Both the position numbers and the translations under genes were made by a program. From assembly GCA_028534125.1 (NCBI GenBank), contig CM052817.1, forward strand, positions 34,908,001-34,972,000: a stretch of 64,000 nt of DNA, written 5' to 3'. Source of the DNA: Lama glama. Lineage: Eukaryota. Position 1 is the first letter of the stretch, and each line of letters begins with the position of its first letter. The notes under the pieces are model-generated. The model was not told the origin of the DNA and made no database searches. It saw only the letters and a program-made list of their open reading frames with translations. Positions 1 to 13,893 of the stretch are shown here, piece after piece.

Positions 1-1318
1 TGGGTGACCAGGTGCGTTGGCAGTGAGCAGTAACATTTTGAAAGGAGTATTTTTTCTGAGCAGTAGGTCTCAACAGTTTGTCTTAAATATTGAGTAAACC
101 ATGTTGTAAACAGATGTGCTGTCATGCAGGCTTTGTTCTATGTTTAGAACACAGGCAGAAGAGATTTAGTTTAAGTCTTAAGGGTGCTACAATTTTCAGA
201 AGTAAATGAGCACTAGCTTCATCTTCAAGTCACCAGCTGCATTAGCCCCTAATGAGAGAGTCAGCCTGTCCTTTAAAGCTTTGATGCCAGTCATTGACTT
301 CTCTCTAGCTATGAAGTCCTAAATGCATCTTTTTCCAATAGAAGGCTGTTTCATCTACATGGGAAATCCACTGTTTAGTGTAGCCACCATCATGAATTAT
401 CTCAGCTAGAGCTGGATAACTTGCTGCAGCTTCTCCATCAGTACTTGCTGCTTCACCTGACACTTTTTATGTTATGGAGACGGCTTCTTTCCTTAAACCT
501 CATGAACCAACCTGGATAGCTTCAAACTTTCCTTCTGCAGCTTCCTCGCCTCTCTCGGCCTTCACAGAATTGAAGAGAGTTAGGGTGTTGTTCTGGATTA
601 GGCTTTGACTTAAGGAAATGTGGCTGGTTTGATCTTCTGTTCAGACCACTAAAGCTTTCCCCACATCAGCAATAAGATTGTTTTGCTTTCTCATCATTCA
701 TGTGTTCACTGGAGTAGCACTTGTCATTTCCTTCAATAACCTTTCCTTTGCATGCACAACGTGTCTGTTGGCACAAGGCGCCTAGCTTTCGGCCTGTCTT
801 GGCTTTCCATCTGCCATCCTCACCAAACTTAATCATTTCTAGCTTTTGATTTAAAGTGAAGACGTGTGACTCTTCCTTTCACTTGAACACTTAGAGGCCA
901 TTATCAGTATATTAACGGACCAACTTTTATTGTTTTGTCTCAGGGAGTAGGGAGGCCCGAGGAGAGGGAGGGAAATGGAAACAGCTGGTGAGTAGAGCAG
1001 TCAGAACACACATATTTATCAATTAAGTTCACCATCTTATATGGGCACGGTTCGTGGTACCCAAAAACGATTACAATAGTAATATCAAAGATCACCATAA
1101 CAAATATAATAATAATGAAAAAGTTTGAAATATTGTAGGAATTCCCAAAATGTGACACAGAGACATGCTGTGAGCAAATGCTGTTAGAAAAATGGTGCCA
1201 GTAGACTTGTTTGACACACAGTTGCTACAAAACTTCAATTTGTAAAAAAAAAAAAAAAAAAAATTGCTGTATCTGCAAAACACAATAAAGCAAAGCTCAA
1301 CAAAATGAGATATGCTTG
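1..1318 (-). mobile_element. Tigger1-like TcMar DNA transposon fossil (5' TIR and degraded transposase, truncated by window start)
   Basis: Reverse complement of the 1318 end reads CAAGCATATCTCATTTTGTTGAGCTTTGCTTTATTG, resembling the Tigger1 terminus CAGGCATACCTCGTTTTATTGCGC; flanked by TA (1319-1320). Minus strand near 480-545 encodes the transposase-like EAAEGKFEA...[10 protein letters not shown] with a frameshift. Confidence 0.85.
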
Positions 1319-3069
1319 TATATTGAATTGCTAATTGTATAACCACATATACATTGTACACGTATGTATAAGTGCTAAAGAGGTTTAATCAAAAGTGAGC
1401 TTACTGAGGATTTAATTAGTCAGATAGGGTATGATGGATAAAGACAAGACTTGAACAGCATTTATGCAATGCAATTTACAGCAAATGTTTAGATACCATA
1501 ATATTATAACTACTGTATGGAGGAATCCAGTGGAAATAACCTAATGATCACAACATAACAGTGATTTAAGAGCATTAATTCCCAATCTTTATAAAATTCA
1601 CACATCAATAAGATTAAATAAAATTTAGAGACTGACCAAGTCACCAATTTATTTTACCAAGTAAAAACCTTAAAAAAAAAAAAGCAACCATCTACTTTCA
1701 CTATCTTTTTATTTTTTTTAAATGACATTTGGCACTAAAAGAAAAGGAAGAATATAATTTCAGACTTTCGAAATTAATGCATTTACCTTTATGAGAAACT
1801 GGCTCCCATCCTTTCTTGTTTTCTTATTGCTGGAGGCCAGTGAGAACGTCTTCACATTTGGGAATCACTCGCTGACCCAGAGCATGCTCTCTGTGGTGCA
1901 ATTTATAGTAATACTTCCATTATCTTAATGAAACTAGAAATGCATTTTTATTTAACATTCATTTCTTACTGTAACATAATAGGAAAGTAATGTTTTTAAC
2001 AATTGGCTAGAATCTTTGGGCTCTTTTAGGTCTTCCATGCCCAGCTTCCACTGAAATGAGACTCTTCGCTATAATTTGTACATTTACTGGGGATTCATGT
2101 ATCTAGAAAGATATTCACCTGGGAGAATCAGGCCAGTTACACTAATTAGGATTCTGATATTGAAAGCAGACAGTCAAATTAAGGCTAATAAAATTGAGAA
2201 ATATTTGCCAAAGGAGTATGTCCTTTTAAAAATTCTTTTGGTTGTTTATTGAAAGATTTGTCTTGAAAGAATAACTGTTCTCCGCCCTTTTCCCTCTTTT
2301 TGTTCTTAGAGACCTGATGATTCCTCCTGTGTGACCTGAGCAAATCACTTAACTCTTTGAGTTTTAGTTTGTTCTTCTAGAAAGTAAGGTTATTGGATTA
2401 GATGATCAACCAAGTCTGTATTCTCTAAAACAAAAGTCAGGATGCATCATTATCTCAGGCTATTTGAAAACTTACTAATTTATGTATTAAGTCATGTCAA
2501 GGATTAAAGTTACTCATTTAACAAATTAATGGAAAAATTTTAATTAGATTATTATTAGGGGTTATCCAGAAAGCCCAGGTTATAGTCTTCTGTAGTCCTT
2601 CCTAGTTCAGAAAGTCTATATCATACATATTTTCATCTGTTGTTTTAAACATTGTCAACGCTAATGGAAATACCATAATGGGAATAGACTGTTTTGAATG
2701 ACTTCCCTCTTTGGTGTGTTTCTTAATACGGTTTGTATCATGATATTTATTTGTTTAGTAAATTGTAAAGTGATATGTTGTAGGAGGGGCAAGCTTGATT
2801 AGAACATTCATTCTCTATTCCTTCAGGAGACAAAATGAACAGTTGATTTATCGGAGAGCCGTTCTTGTGTGTTTATGACTATTTTATGGTAGTGGTGTTC
2901 AGTTGATATACACAAGATGATGAAAGAAGACAAGTGCTTGGTTCTTATTTTTCTGTGTTCTGTTGGTTTTGCTTGGCGGTATTTGATCCTTGCTTATAAT
3001 TTTTCGTTACAGCAATGTTCCTTTATACTGTCAGTGATATCTGTTTATTTACTTATTTACTCTCTCTAG

Positions 3070-3219
3070 GGTCATGATCAGAGTTCAACTCTTGCTCAAC
3101 ACTCTGTTGAACTGACTTTACCTAATCATCATCCATTTCATAGAGACTTGCTCCGATATGCCAAGCTGATGGAGTGGCTAAAGAGCACCGATTATGGAAA
3201 ATATGAGGGACTAACAAAG
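3070..3219 (+). CDS. EXOC1: EXOC1 coding exon (human exon 9 equivalent), [50 protein letters not shown]
   Basis: ctctag acceptor and gtatgg donor; 150 nt, phase 0/0; translation matches EXOC1/Sec3. Confidence 0.96.
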
Positions 3220-4424
3220 GTATGGATTTGATGTCAGGTACTCACTGAGTATAAAGCACAATCTTTTAGAATCAAGAGGTCATATGTTCAGTTCCCCAAA
3301 TGCCATTTGAGATACTGTATATTCTTAGCAAAACAGAGAATAATTGAATTTCTAAGTGCTTATTAGCCAGGGAGAACATTTATATTATTTTCTTGGATGG
3401 AGAAGAGCTACATTTTAAACTTCAATAAATATAGTATTAGGCCATGCTGAAACATCATTCAGTTTAGTTAAATGCTATAGTTAATTTCCTGAGTTTCTTT
3501 ATGTGCAATATAGAAACTAGGGAGTATGAAGATGCTGTAAGTGAGGTATTTATCTGCCATCTAAAAATTTATAATCTGTTCTTTTAAGTGAGTGCAATGT
3601 GCCTCTTTATTAAGCAAGCATTCCCCTGTTCCAGGCACACAAAAACATGGGTATTTCTGTTTCCTATTCTGGGACAAACTAGTTGGGAAAACTTGATTAT
3701 CATGGTACATCTTGTATCATGGTACATCTCTTTGTCAAACACCAAATTTTCATTGCGGGCCTATTTTATACTCACTGTCATATGTAAGACTAAGAAATGG
3801 CTCCCTACAAGACCCTACTTCCAAAGAGTTTTAAGTCTGACTGGGAAGAACAATTATACTTAAAACAATTAGCAAAAAATGAAGTGCTAAACTGGAAATG
3901 CGTTTAAATATGTGGCCGTTTAGAGATGGGAAATGCATGACTTGAAGCCATGGGGGAAAACTTCATGGAAATCATTGGATTTGAATTAACTTTTAAGTAA
4001 TGAGTGGGATTAAATAAGCCAAAGTAAGAGGGAAGGAATTCCAGGGACAAGAAGCAGGATGTGCAGACAAAAGTGGGAAAATAGGCCCTTTTCCAGGACT
4101 ATGAGGAGGCAACCCTGACTGAAACAGAAATTCCGTATTCTGAAAGGAGAATTTAGGTTAAAGAATCTGAGCCATGAGACCTAACAGCATGCTTCAGACA
4201 TGGGAAAAGATTGGATGCGTGGAATTATGAACCTAATGTAATAGTTGAAATGAAATGAAATCTTGAGCCAGGAAGATGATTGTGGAAATAGAAAATATAA
4301 ACCAAAAGAGAGAATCCAAAGACAAGGGACAGGATGATGCCAAACTTGTCAGGCTTGGGGATGAAAAGAGCATTGATCTGTACCACTGACTCAGTATCAG
4401 CAGTTGGGGAGGATAAGAGTCCTT

Positions 4425-5010
4425 CATGTATTCACTCAGCAAATGAATTGAGCACCTGTTACGTGCTGACACTGTGTAAGCACTAGAGATCCAGCACTGA
4501 GGGAAACGGGAGCACTTAGTTGTTCAGAGTGCGTATTCCAGTGGACAAAGATTGACACAAAAGTCAGTTATATCATCTGTTGGAAGGTGCTGCTGAGGGC
4601 TCTGGAGACATAAAGCAGGAAAGGCCAGGACTTGGAGAAGGTCACAGTTTCAAAAAGGATGGTCAAAGAAGGTGTCATGAGAAAATGACATTTGAGCACA
4701 GATTTTAAAAATAATGAAGGGTGAACATACAGAATTTCCAGAAGACAGCTTTCCAGGCACAATGCAAGGACCCCAAGACGAGAGCAGCCTGGGGTGCCTG
4801 AGGAGGCCAGTGTGGTTGGAGCACAGCAGCCAGGGACAGGATGGGACAGGCAGCGGGGAAACCAAAGGAGGGGTGGGGCCAGGCAGGTCTGGACGGGACT
4901 ATGCACCGCTGTAAGGATTTGACTTCTGCTTGCAGGAGATGGGGAGAGAGGGTAATGGTGGGCTTTGGGTAGGGGAATAACACAGCCTGACTTAGATTTA
5001 ATAAATGACC
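4425..5010 (-). mobile_element. L2 LINE 3' fragment (degraded)
   Basis: ttcactcagcaaatgaattgagcacctgttacgtgc start and purine-rich body typical of antisense L2; boundaries approximate. Confidence 0.65.
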
Positions 5011-7924
5011 ATGGTAGCAGGAACCCATGGGTTCAGCACTCCTACTGTTGTGTCATATTTTGCCGTGTTTGCTTTGGTTTTCATTCAGCAGAATTCTGGT
5101 TTGGAGGTAGCATAAAGAAAAATATTTACATTACTGGAATCTGCCTTTTGAAGTTTTAGCAGGATTATTATTTTGAATAATTAAACATTATTATATCTTC
5201 TTAAGAGTTTTGTGCCAACAAGTGCTTTGTCCCCTGGTGAATATTCAGATAAGTAAAATAATCAATAAGCTTTTTGCTTGATTGTGTTCTCAGTATTATT
5301 GCCCTATCTTTATATATAATGTAGTATTCATGATTGTAATTTAAGGTGAAGAAACAAGATGATAGCCAGTCTGGCAAATTATGGAATCATTCTGTGCTCA
5401 CAGTATATTTTCAATTGACAGTATTAATGAAATTGATTTCATTATTGATTTTTTTAATGTAACTGACTTTTTTCTCAGGAATGTTACTTGATCTTGTGTT
5501 TGAACTTTTGACAGACCATATATTTTATGCTTCATAATCTTACTGGATTCCTGAAGTGTTTTCGGAAACAGGAATTTTGTTAAAAAGGAGCAAGGAAGAA
5601 AGGAATGAAAGAAGAAAATAGACAAACCAGTGTTTCTTTCTTAAGAAATAATAATTAAATCCAGATACTCTTTGCACTTGGTTAGTTGTACACAGCTCAC
5701 ACTTTCTGGCAGGACCATGAAAAGCCTGTTTTAAATTTTTTAGGGATGAGATTCACCAGGCCCTGCCCCAACTTTTCTTATGGCTGAATCTAAGCAAAGC
5801 CCTGATTTTTGGTATACAGAATTAGAGCCTAGGAAAAATAGATGCCTTCATGTAAGGAGTTCAGCTGCCCAGAATCCCTCCTCCCCAGCTATTATGCATG
5901 TAGGGCAATTAATAACAGAGATGGTCCATCCATGCTTAGGTAGGAAATGAGCTCTCCTCTCCTAGTAACCTCCTGAGGTTGACAGTCAGTCTTGAAGATT
6001 ACTCAGATATCTTCTCTCCTCAGTTCTACATTTGTGGAATTTCCTTTTAGTGTAAAGAGAAAGTAAAACATGGAGTTACCTGTAAGATTCTATAGTCAGC
6101 AGAAAATAAAATTGACAACACTGCCTGAGATAACAATATCTAAACTCATAATAGTTAAATTTTAAGTTAGGTGCTGTGTACAAGGAGCTAAGGAGAATAG
6201 TACTCATAGTGAGAGACATTTTTCTAATGCGCCCATGGTCACACCTGTCTGTGGCCTTTCCCCCTGCCCCACCGATTAGTTCTGTTGAGGACCTGGGGGA
6301 AGGATACTCAGTCATTTGAGGTGCGTTGAAAAAGAGGGTGATTTTCAGTAGTCTGCTCAAATCACTGTTTTCTATGTATCAAAATAGCTGTTTTGAAACT
6401 GTTTAAATTGCTTGGGTAGTAAGGTGCACTTTAAACAATTTGAATATTGGAATGCCGTCTTTTCTGAGTGATTTGAGAAGAAGCCACTAGTGAAGATTTT
6501 ACAAATTGTATGAAGGTAATTTCCCTTTTGTCAGTCATGTACTGATTTGCAGTGATCATTATTTTTATGAGAATTTAAACTTGAAAAAACAAAAAGTGAG
6601 ATACCCCAGTGAAATAGGACTAATTTTAGGGTATATTTTAATTTATATTTGCTTTTAAAGTTACAAAAAGATTATAGGAAAGAATTTCCCATTTGACTAA
6701 CTTTTCTTACAGACACTGTGTGGGAAATGTATATGACCTGCAAGTTGAAAAAAGTGGAATTTATATTATGTTTCATCCAAAAACTGTTTTGTAAGGTTTT
6801 ATCTACAAAATATCTAAATAAATCAGTGGTAAACTGTAAGTCAGTATACGAAATTTAAATAATACATACCTTTGAAAGATGCGTCTGATGTTTAAAGCAA
6901 AGCAAACATGCTCCAAAACTAGGTATGTTAATTTGAAATAATAAAGGAAGTTGAAGCTTAGATTCCATGATAAATTTGAAAGAATAGCTAGGTACAAGTT
7001 TTCTGCTGTAGATTTACTTAAATTTAGTGAAACTCTATGGCATTTAACTTAGGATTTAGAAGAATACATGGTCTCCCACTGTTGAAGAGTATCTCCTGAG
7101 GGCATAAAATATTTTTATATGACAATAAGAAAATATGAAGAAATGACTTTGTATGTTAAATAATAGATGTTTTCATTTGAACTAGAATAAGTTAAATTTG
7201 CCTTTTTAAAAATAAATTATTTAATTTTGAAAACTCTACAGTGTACTAATTCATTTCTTATTGAAAATAACCTATTTGGGGTAATGTAATACCCCTTGCT
7301 GGCAGGGTACAGTAAAATTGAATGTTCTTCATTGCCATTGACACTGTCTGTTGGTATAATTGTTTTTAAAGCAGCATGGAGGTATAGAGGAAGGGTTTAT
7401 AAAGATTCCCATATTCTTCGGCACCGTAATTCCATCCTTAGGAAATTATCCTAAGGAAATAATCCACTGGAGATGAAAATCTTATTGTAACATTATCTAT
7501 CATAGCAAAACATTGAAACCACTTATGTGGCCTGTTAGGAGATTGATTTACTAAATTGTAGCTCATCAGCAAAGCATAATACTGTGCAGTCATTAAAGTG
7601 TGAGACTGGAGAAGTGTAATTGCTATGAATCAAATACCCTATACAGTACGATTACAGCTATATTCAAAATATATGAAAGGTAATACATAAAAATGAAAAT
7701 ACAAGTATGATATGTTCAACTTCGTATTTTTATAAATTGTTAATGTTGTAATGCCAGTTCAGTTTTTTAAAAGACAGAAAATAGCCTTCATTTTATATCC
7801 TATGAAATGCATCAAACTTGAAGACCACAGAATTCAAAACAAGCACAAAGGATTTGGGGGGATTGAAAAATGGAAATTGTTATATTTGTTTTATTAATAA
7901 GTACGTGTTACTTGTATTTTTAAG

Positions 7925-8030
7925 AATTACATGGATTATTTATCACGACTCTATGAGAGAGAAATTAAAGACTTCTTTGAAGTTGCAAAGATCAAGATGA
8001 CTGGCACGACTAAAGAAAGCAAGAAGTTTG
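7925..8030 (+). CDS. EXOC1: EXOC1 coding exon (exon 10 equivalent), [35 protein letters not shown]
   Basis: ttttaag acceptor, gtaagc donor; 106 nt, phase 0/1; continues the EXOC1 frame. Confidence 0.96.
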
Positions 8031-8277
8031 GTAAGCGTAGGCACTTCAGTCCACTGCTTTCTATTCTATTAAAAATGGTTTTATTTATGACAGATAATTT
8101 TTAAACTTTTTAGGCAAGGTAGAAGGAGATACAGTAGGGTTAAAGAATAAATCTAATGCATTGTTTGATTTATAGGTATTTCATAGAACAAATGTTTGTA
8201 TCTGTAAATATGTTTTTTACTAATTAAAATTCTGCAGAATTGAATCTGACAATTGTTTATTTACTATGACTAATAGT

Positions 8278-8411
8278 ATAGTCAGCCTCATATCTGCAGA
8301 CATGCAGCCCATAGATATGGAGGGCCAGCTGTGGGACTTGAGCATCCACGGATTTTGATATCCGCAGCAGGTCCCGGATCCAGTCCCACATGGATACCAA
8401 GGGACAACTAT
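8278..8411. mobile_element. MER2/Tigger-family non-autonomous DNA transposon fragment
   Basis: gggacttgagcatccacggattttgatatcc...tggataccaagggacaactata resembles the MER2/Tigger3 terminus; TA dinucleotides at both ends. Confidence 0.6.
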
Positions 8412-10607
8412 ATGTATTCATAGGAGAAGCAGTTGGCCAGAAAATGAAGTGCAGTCTAGCGGAAAAAATATTAGGCTAAGAGACACATGTTGAGAGTTCA
8501 GCTTCTGACTTCCTAAAAGACCTTTCATAACAGTTGGGGGCAAGTCTGATCTCTTAAGTCATTGCTCTCCACAGGGAAGTGAAAGTGATTCCTGGCTTCT
8601 TACTTCTCACTGGCTATTTTGAATTGAAAAGAAAGTTTATAATGTAAGTCTTTTCTTCCCTGCCAAGGGGCTATAAAAATGTCACCAAAATTTCTCCTGT
8701 GATTATACCTTATTTTTCCAAAGAGATATTTTTGAAACATGTTACTTTTTGTCACTCCTTCATATGTTAAATAGACAAAAACATGATTTGAAAGGATAAC
8801 CAGTGAAAGTATCAAGTTGCAAGGAAGTGATTTGCCGAGGCCACATTCTGCTCTTGCATGTACCCATCTCTGGACTTCCTTTTGGATGGAGTTCTGTGCC
8901 TCTTCAAGTCAAAACCTGGCCTTAAATGGCTACAGTGTGTACTCATGTGTCTGCATAGCTCCCCTTTAGAACCATGAGTTTAGCATTTGCTTGTTGAAAG
9001 GAGCCTATGCCCTAAGCAACTTCGGTAATCAGAAAATAGTATTGAAATTCATAGCTCATCTCTCCATTCTTTTCTTTAGGACAAAGAAGACTATCTTTAG
9101 TGGGTAATTATTTTGTGATTCACTGGTTTGTGGTTGTTTTTTTATAATGCAACACTAATGTCTTGATTATACTAGTCCAGACCTTTGAAATGATTTGAAT
9201 CTGTGTACAAATATATTACACTTGGGTAAAGATACTGATAAGAATCTTGGGACAATAGGCTTTTGGAAACAGAAATGCTAACTCATCCTAAAGGTTAATT
9301 GTTCTTAAACAGCAGTGTGTTTATATCCTTGTTAATGTTTCTCTGTGGATATGTTACACTTTTTTTTTTAAGTAAACAGCATATTATTAATACAGTTACA
9401 TGTTTAATGTTTTCATTTAGTATATTTGTCGCCACTTGTTAGTGAGCCATTTTATTTTGAGAGATCTCTTCTACAGTGAAAACTGAAGGTAAAAGGAAAT
9501 CTTTCTAAAAGTATCTCCTTAGGCGGTCATTAATCCCAGTATCATAATAAGTTTATCAAGCCCAAGATTCTCATTGAGATAAATGACATAATAAAGATAT
9601 AACTTAAATCAACAACAATAGTATCTTAATGCAACCATTACATTAACCTGAAATGTTAATTTTCTTTTTTCTTGTCCGTTGAGAAGTTCTTAAATATCTT
9701 GTTAAAAAATTTGTAATTGACATCATACAAGTTTAGAAGGTACTTTTGTAGTTATAAAACAGTGTTAAAATTGCATCTCTTCTATGTATCTATTCAATAA
9801 TAAGGAATAGGAGAATAGTTTGTGACACTTAATGGTACCAAAAAATTATAATTTCTGTTACTTTGATATCAGTTACAAGAGAAGAAAAACTAATTTAATA
9901 AACAGGATTCAGGGGCTAAAAATTTTTTTTTAATCTTTGAAGATCTAACTTGTTAGTCAACATTTAAAAAATAAATTTTAAGTTAAATACAAATGACTTA
10001 AAAATTCTTTAAATAAGGTAGAATGTAAATTTTTTAAAACTATCTTTTCAGTGATTTAAATTATGTTTAAATCAGTTTTTAATAGTAATTATAATTAAAA
10101 GAGAAACCTGAAATTTTAGAAAGATAGCTTTTCAATGAATCAAAATTAAGTAATTCTGAATAAAATTTAACTTTATTATTTAACTTGATCTAAAAATACT
10201 GAGTCATAGATACTAATAAGAATAGAAAATCAGATTGAATGTATTTTACAAAAGGAAATTGTATAGTCAGTATAGCCTTAGAGATTCAGGAGAATACTCT
10301 TCTTTTGAACCATTTGATTAAATCTCTAACATTGACTTAGTTCAAATAATTCAAAATAATGTTAAAGTGCCAGTATCTTTTCTTTGTGATAAGGTCTTTA
10401 TATAGGTCTTTGTCTTTTTTGATCAGTAGGTTTACTTTGATATCCTCTGAGATGTGGAATTTAACCCCCAAGATTGACACTCTGGTGTTTTGTTTTCCCT
10501 TTGTGTTCTACAGGTGTAGTTAATGAAGTGGCAGGCAAAGGAAATTTAGTAATTATTTTTTAAATTGCCCACTTTTTTTCTTTCCATGGCTGAGGTAGAC
10601 ACACACA

Positions 10608-10640
10608 TTATTTTATTTCATTTTATTTTATTTTATTATT

Positions 10641-10683
<43 letters not shown>

Positions 10684-10745
10684 ATGGAAGTACTGGGGAT
10701 TGAACCCAGGACATGCTAAGCATGCACTCTACCACCTCCTCCCCC
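10608..10745 (-). mobile_element. tRNA-derived SINE (Vic-1-like, internally deleted) with (TTTA)n tail
   Basis: gtactggggattgaacccaggac...atgctaagcatgcactctaccac is the reverse complement of the SINE at 26524; A-rich tail appears as tttta/ttta repeats at 10608-10683. Confidence 0.85.
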
Positions 10746-12301
10746 ACATACATTATTTTAGTCTATTTACATATTCATTTACATAATTACTGCGTTCCCC
10801 ATATTTAACATTCCAGAATCTTAAAAATATGCCAAAATCATTTGTTCATTCTATTCTCCACTAAACTAAGAAATCCGGTTGATTCCAAAAGGAATCTTGG
10901 GCACAAGACTGAATTCAGTCCTGGCTGGAAGATTCATTCAATAAATATTTAATAATTGCCCATTACATAAGAGACATTGCTAGGAACTGAGAATGCAGCA
11001 ATGAGCAAAGACCCTCCTCTCCTCAAGCTTATAGTCTAGCGGGGATTATTTAAAGACATTTAAAAGTTTACCTGTGTATTGTTGTTTGTTGCTGATAAAC
11101 AGTATAGACTCTGTATGAGACCCAAATAGAGCACTCCTAGTACCTCTGTATTCTTTACTGACTGCTAAAGAACTGTATATGAAGCATTCGGCTTTGCTCT
11201 GAACCTGGTGAACTTAGTACATGACACCTTCAGGCCACCGGAAGGTACTGTTCAGGTTGGCCCCCCCAGTAGCTCCAGCACATCCTCCCTTCTTTCCACT
11301 TTCATGTCCAACTTCATCATTTCATATTCCCTGGAGCTTCAGGTAGCCAAGGCTGGAAAGATACACATGTCTCTTGTTTGACAAGTTGGCAGTTTATGCT
11401 TGGGCTTCTGCATCAAAGTTTGACAGGGATAGTGACACTTAACACATTGTTTTCTATTTCTTAAGTATTTCTAGATTATAGTTATATTGTTTAATTTTCT
11501 GTTTCATTCTATAATTTCTTTGCCTTTCACATTAACTTCTAATTTGGGTAATTTTGGGTTTAGAATTTTTCACAAGATGATTTCTACAGTTGATCTAGTC
11601 AATATTAGATAGAGAGAGGTTTTAGGTAAAAGAAACACCAGATGACTGTGACAGAGCTCCAGTTCCTGTATTAAATCTTTTCCCTCGGCTTTACCCTTGC
11701 ATCTAGGGTAATTAGTGTTTTGATGTACACCTTTCATTTTAGGTGGTCACAAAACCAAAGTTACTGAGTAGTTTAGCTTGATACCCTAAAATGATTTTTA
11801 AAGCCCCACTCATATAATTTTTTATCAGATGGTATATAAAATTATTTAGTACAGTGGAGATTCCTTTCAGGAGCCTTCAGTGAATACACGATTATTGATA
11901 TATTTAATGTCCAAATCTATAAATTCATTCTAATAAATTTTCACTGTATTAAATTATTTACTTGAACTATAATATAGTCTTTAAATTTAAGTACATCAGC
12001 TTCATAAACTTTAAAAAATCATTTAAAAGTATGGGAGAGGTTTATATTTGTAGATATTTTTATCTGAATATTTGAGTAAAATAGTACATTAAAAGACTAG
12101 TAAAGTTTTTTCTCTCATGTAATTTTTCAAACAATAGCTGACCGACTAAACATATGTTACATCTCTCGTTACTTGATGCTCATGGTTCTTTGCATGTGTC
12201 TTTTAAACTAGAGCTTTAACTTCCTCTTGTGCATGGTATGTGCAAATTGCAGTTTATTAACTTGTCTTTGTCTTTGATGCTTGCAACCTAATCCATCACA
12301 G

Positions 12302-12346
12302 CTACACTGCCTCGAAAAGAAAGTGCTGTCAAACAGGAAACAGAGA
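12302..12346 (+). CDS. EXOC1: EXOC1 45-nt cassette exon (exon 11 equivalent), ATLPRKESAVKQETE
   Basis: catcacag acceptor, gtgagt donor; phase 1/1, so skipping keeps the frame; matches the 15 aa that distinguish long and short EXOC1 isoforms. Confidence 0.93.
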
Positions 12347-13145
12347 GTGAGTATGCTTAGTGTATTAGCAGGTATTATTCTCAATGCATGTTTGTTTAAT
12401 GTCTAGAAACTAGTTATTTGTCTTGAAAAAAGTTACACCAAAAATATTGATTGCTCTGAGTTGCCAGGTATTGGTGAAAGAAAACCAGCATGGTGGTAGT
12501 AGTATGACTACATCCAAGAAATATGTAACATAGTTAAAAATACATGGTGAGTAGGCAGAAACTTGTGAAAAGTCTTAACCATTACACTTTTGTTTTCAGG
12601 CTGTGTTTAGAAACTATAAAAATTCTTATAGATATGGTCAGATTATGTATAATGAAACCAAAGTTTGTCTTTAATTGTTCTTACATCTTTTTATCATTTA
12701 TTATATGATTTGTCCCTTCTGACCATCAGCAAATAATCAGGTTAGCTGAGAAATATTCAAGGAGAATAAAAAGATATCTATTGTTTACATTTAATTCAGA
12801 TTCATGTCTTTTGAGTGGGAAGGAAATCCCCATCTACGATAGTCTAGAGATATCATCAGGCAGTGTAATATTTATGATGAGACTGGGCAGGGCATACTGT
12901 GATCTTTAAGATCCCTTTTGGTCCTATTCTGTGATTCTGTATAGTTTCACTACTGTATACAACATGCTCGGTAGTAGGACACAAATGTTATTGATGGAGG
13001 ACAGTCTGCAACCTGTCCCATGTGGTAGACTTGTGCCCTGACTAGTATGGGCCCCGGAAGCCAAGACAGTAGAGATGGCCCTGATTTATGCTATGGGTCC
13101 TTTATTCATGAAGGTCGCAACTTTCAAAGTTTTATTATTTCTTAG

Positions 13146-13309
13146 GTCTTCATGGAAGTTCCGGGAAATTAACTGGATCTACTTCTAGTCTAAATAAACT
13201 CAGTGTTCAGAGTTCAGGGAATCGCAGATCTCAGTCATCTTCCTTGTTGGATATGGGAAACATGTCTGCCTCTGATCTCGATGTTGCTGACAGAACCAAA
13301 TTTGATAAG
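13146..13309 (+). CDS. EXOC1: EXOC1 coding exon (exon 12 equivalent), [55 protein letters not shown]
   Basis: ttcttag acceptor, gtaaaa donor; 164 nt, phase 1/0. Confidence 0.96.
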
Positions 13310-13893
13310 GTAAAATAAAATAATAAGTTCTTCTTAAGCATGAATACTAGTTTTCTAGCATCAGTTTGTTATTGCTTTAATTGTGTTCAAAGATTTGGGC
13401 TCTGTTGGCTCTTTTCATTAACCATGTCTTACTTTCCAGTTCTGAATCTGAAAAAAATACTGGTCAAATGGCAACTGAAATGTGATTTATCGGTTAAGTG
13501 ACATAAAGGCGTTATTAAAATTTGTTATGAATCATAGTGCTTACATTGTAAATCTAAGTCATTTGAGCAACTACAGGATAAAGATGAAATAGCTTTTATG
13601 AAGCTAACCTGTTCTCTGCAATGCATTAAGCAAGTTTAAAAAGTTTATCTCTGTGTTCCTCTTTCCAGATTTCAAGTGAATAATTGTAAGTTTTGTTTTA
13701 GCTATGTTCTGGCCCTAAATGTGTTATGCCTCATTAATACTGCATTGTCCTGTCAATCTTGCAAGTGTTTGGGGGATTCTATTGAGATTATAGATAGAGC
13801 ATCCATCATCCCTGCAGAAAAGTAATTAAATGTGAAATATTATTTTAAGCATTTTGGTTCAGTTCTTTGTAGGATCATTTTGGTTTTCTTCAG

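Noticed and set aside
10514..10534. Possible 21-nt in-frame EXOC1 microexon after a good acceptor
   Set aside because: Needs a weak GC donor (gcaaag); the next plausible GT donor at 10595 would include an in-frame stop.
11169..11381. Stop-free stretch with exon-like composition in the intron before the cassette exon
   Set aside because: Nearest acceptor and donor phases do not fit the phase-1 intron; no recognisable protein similarity.
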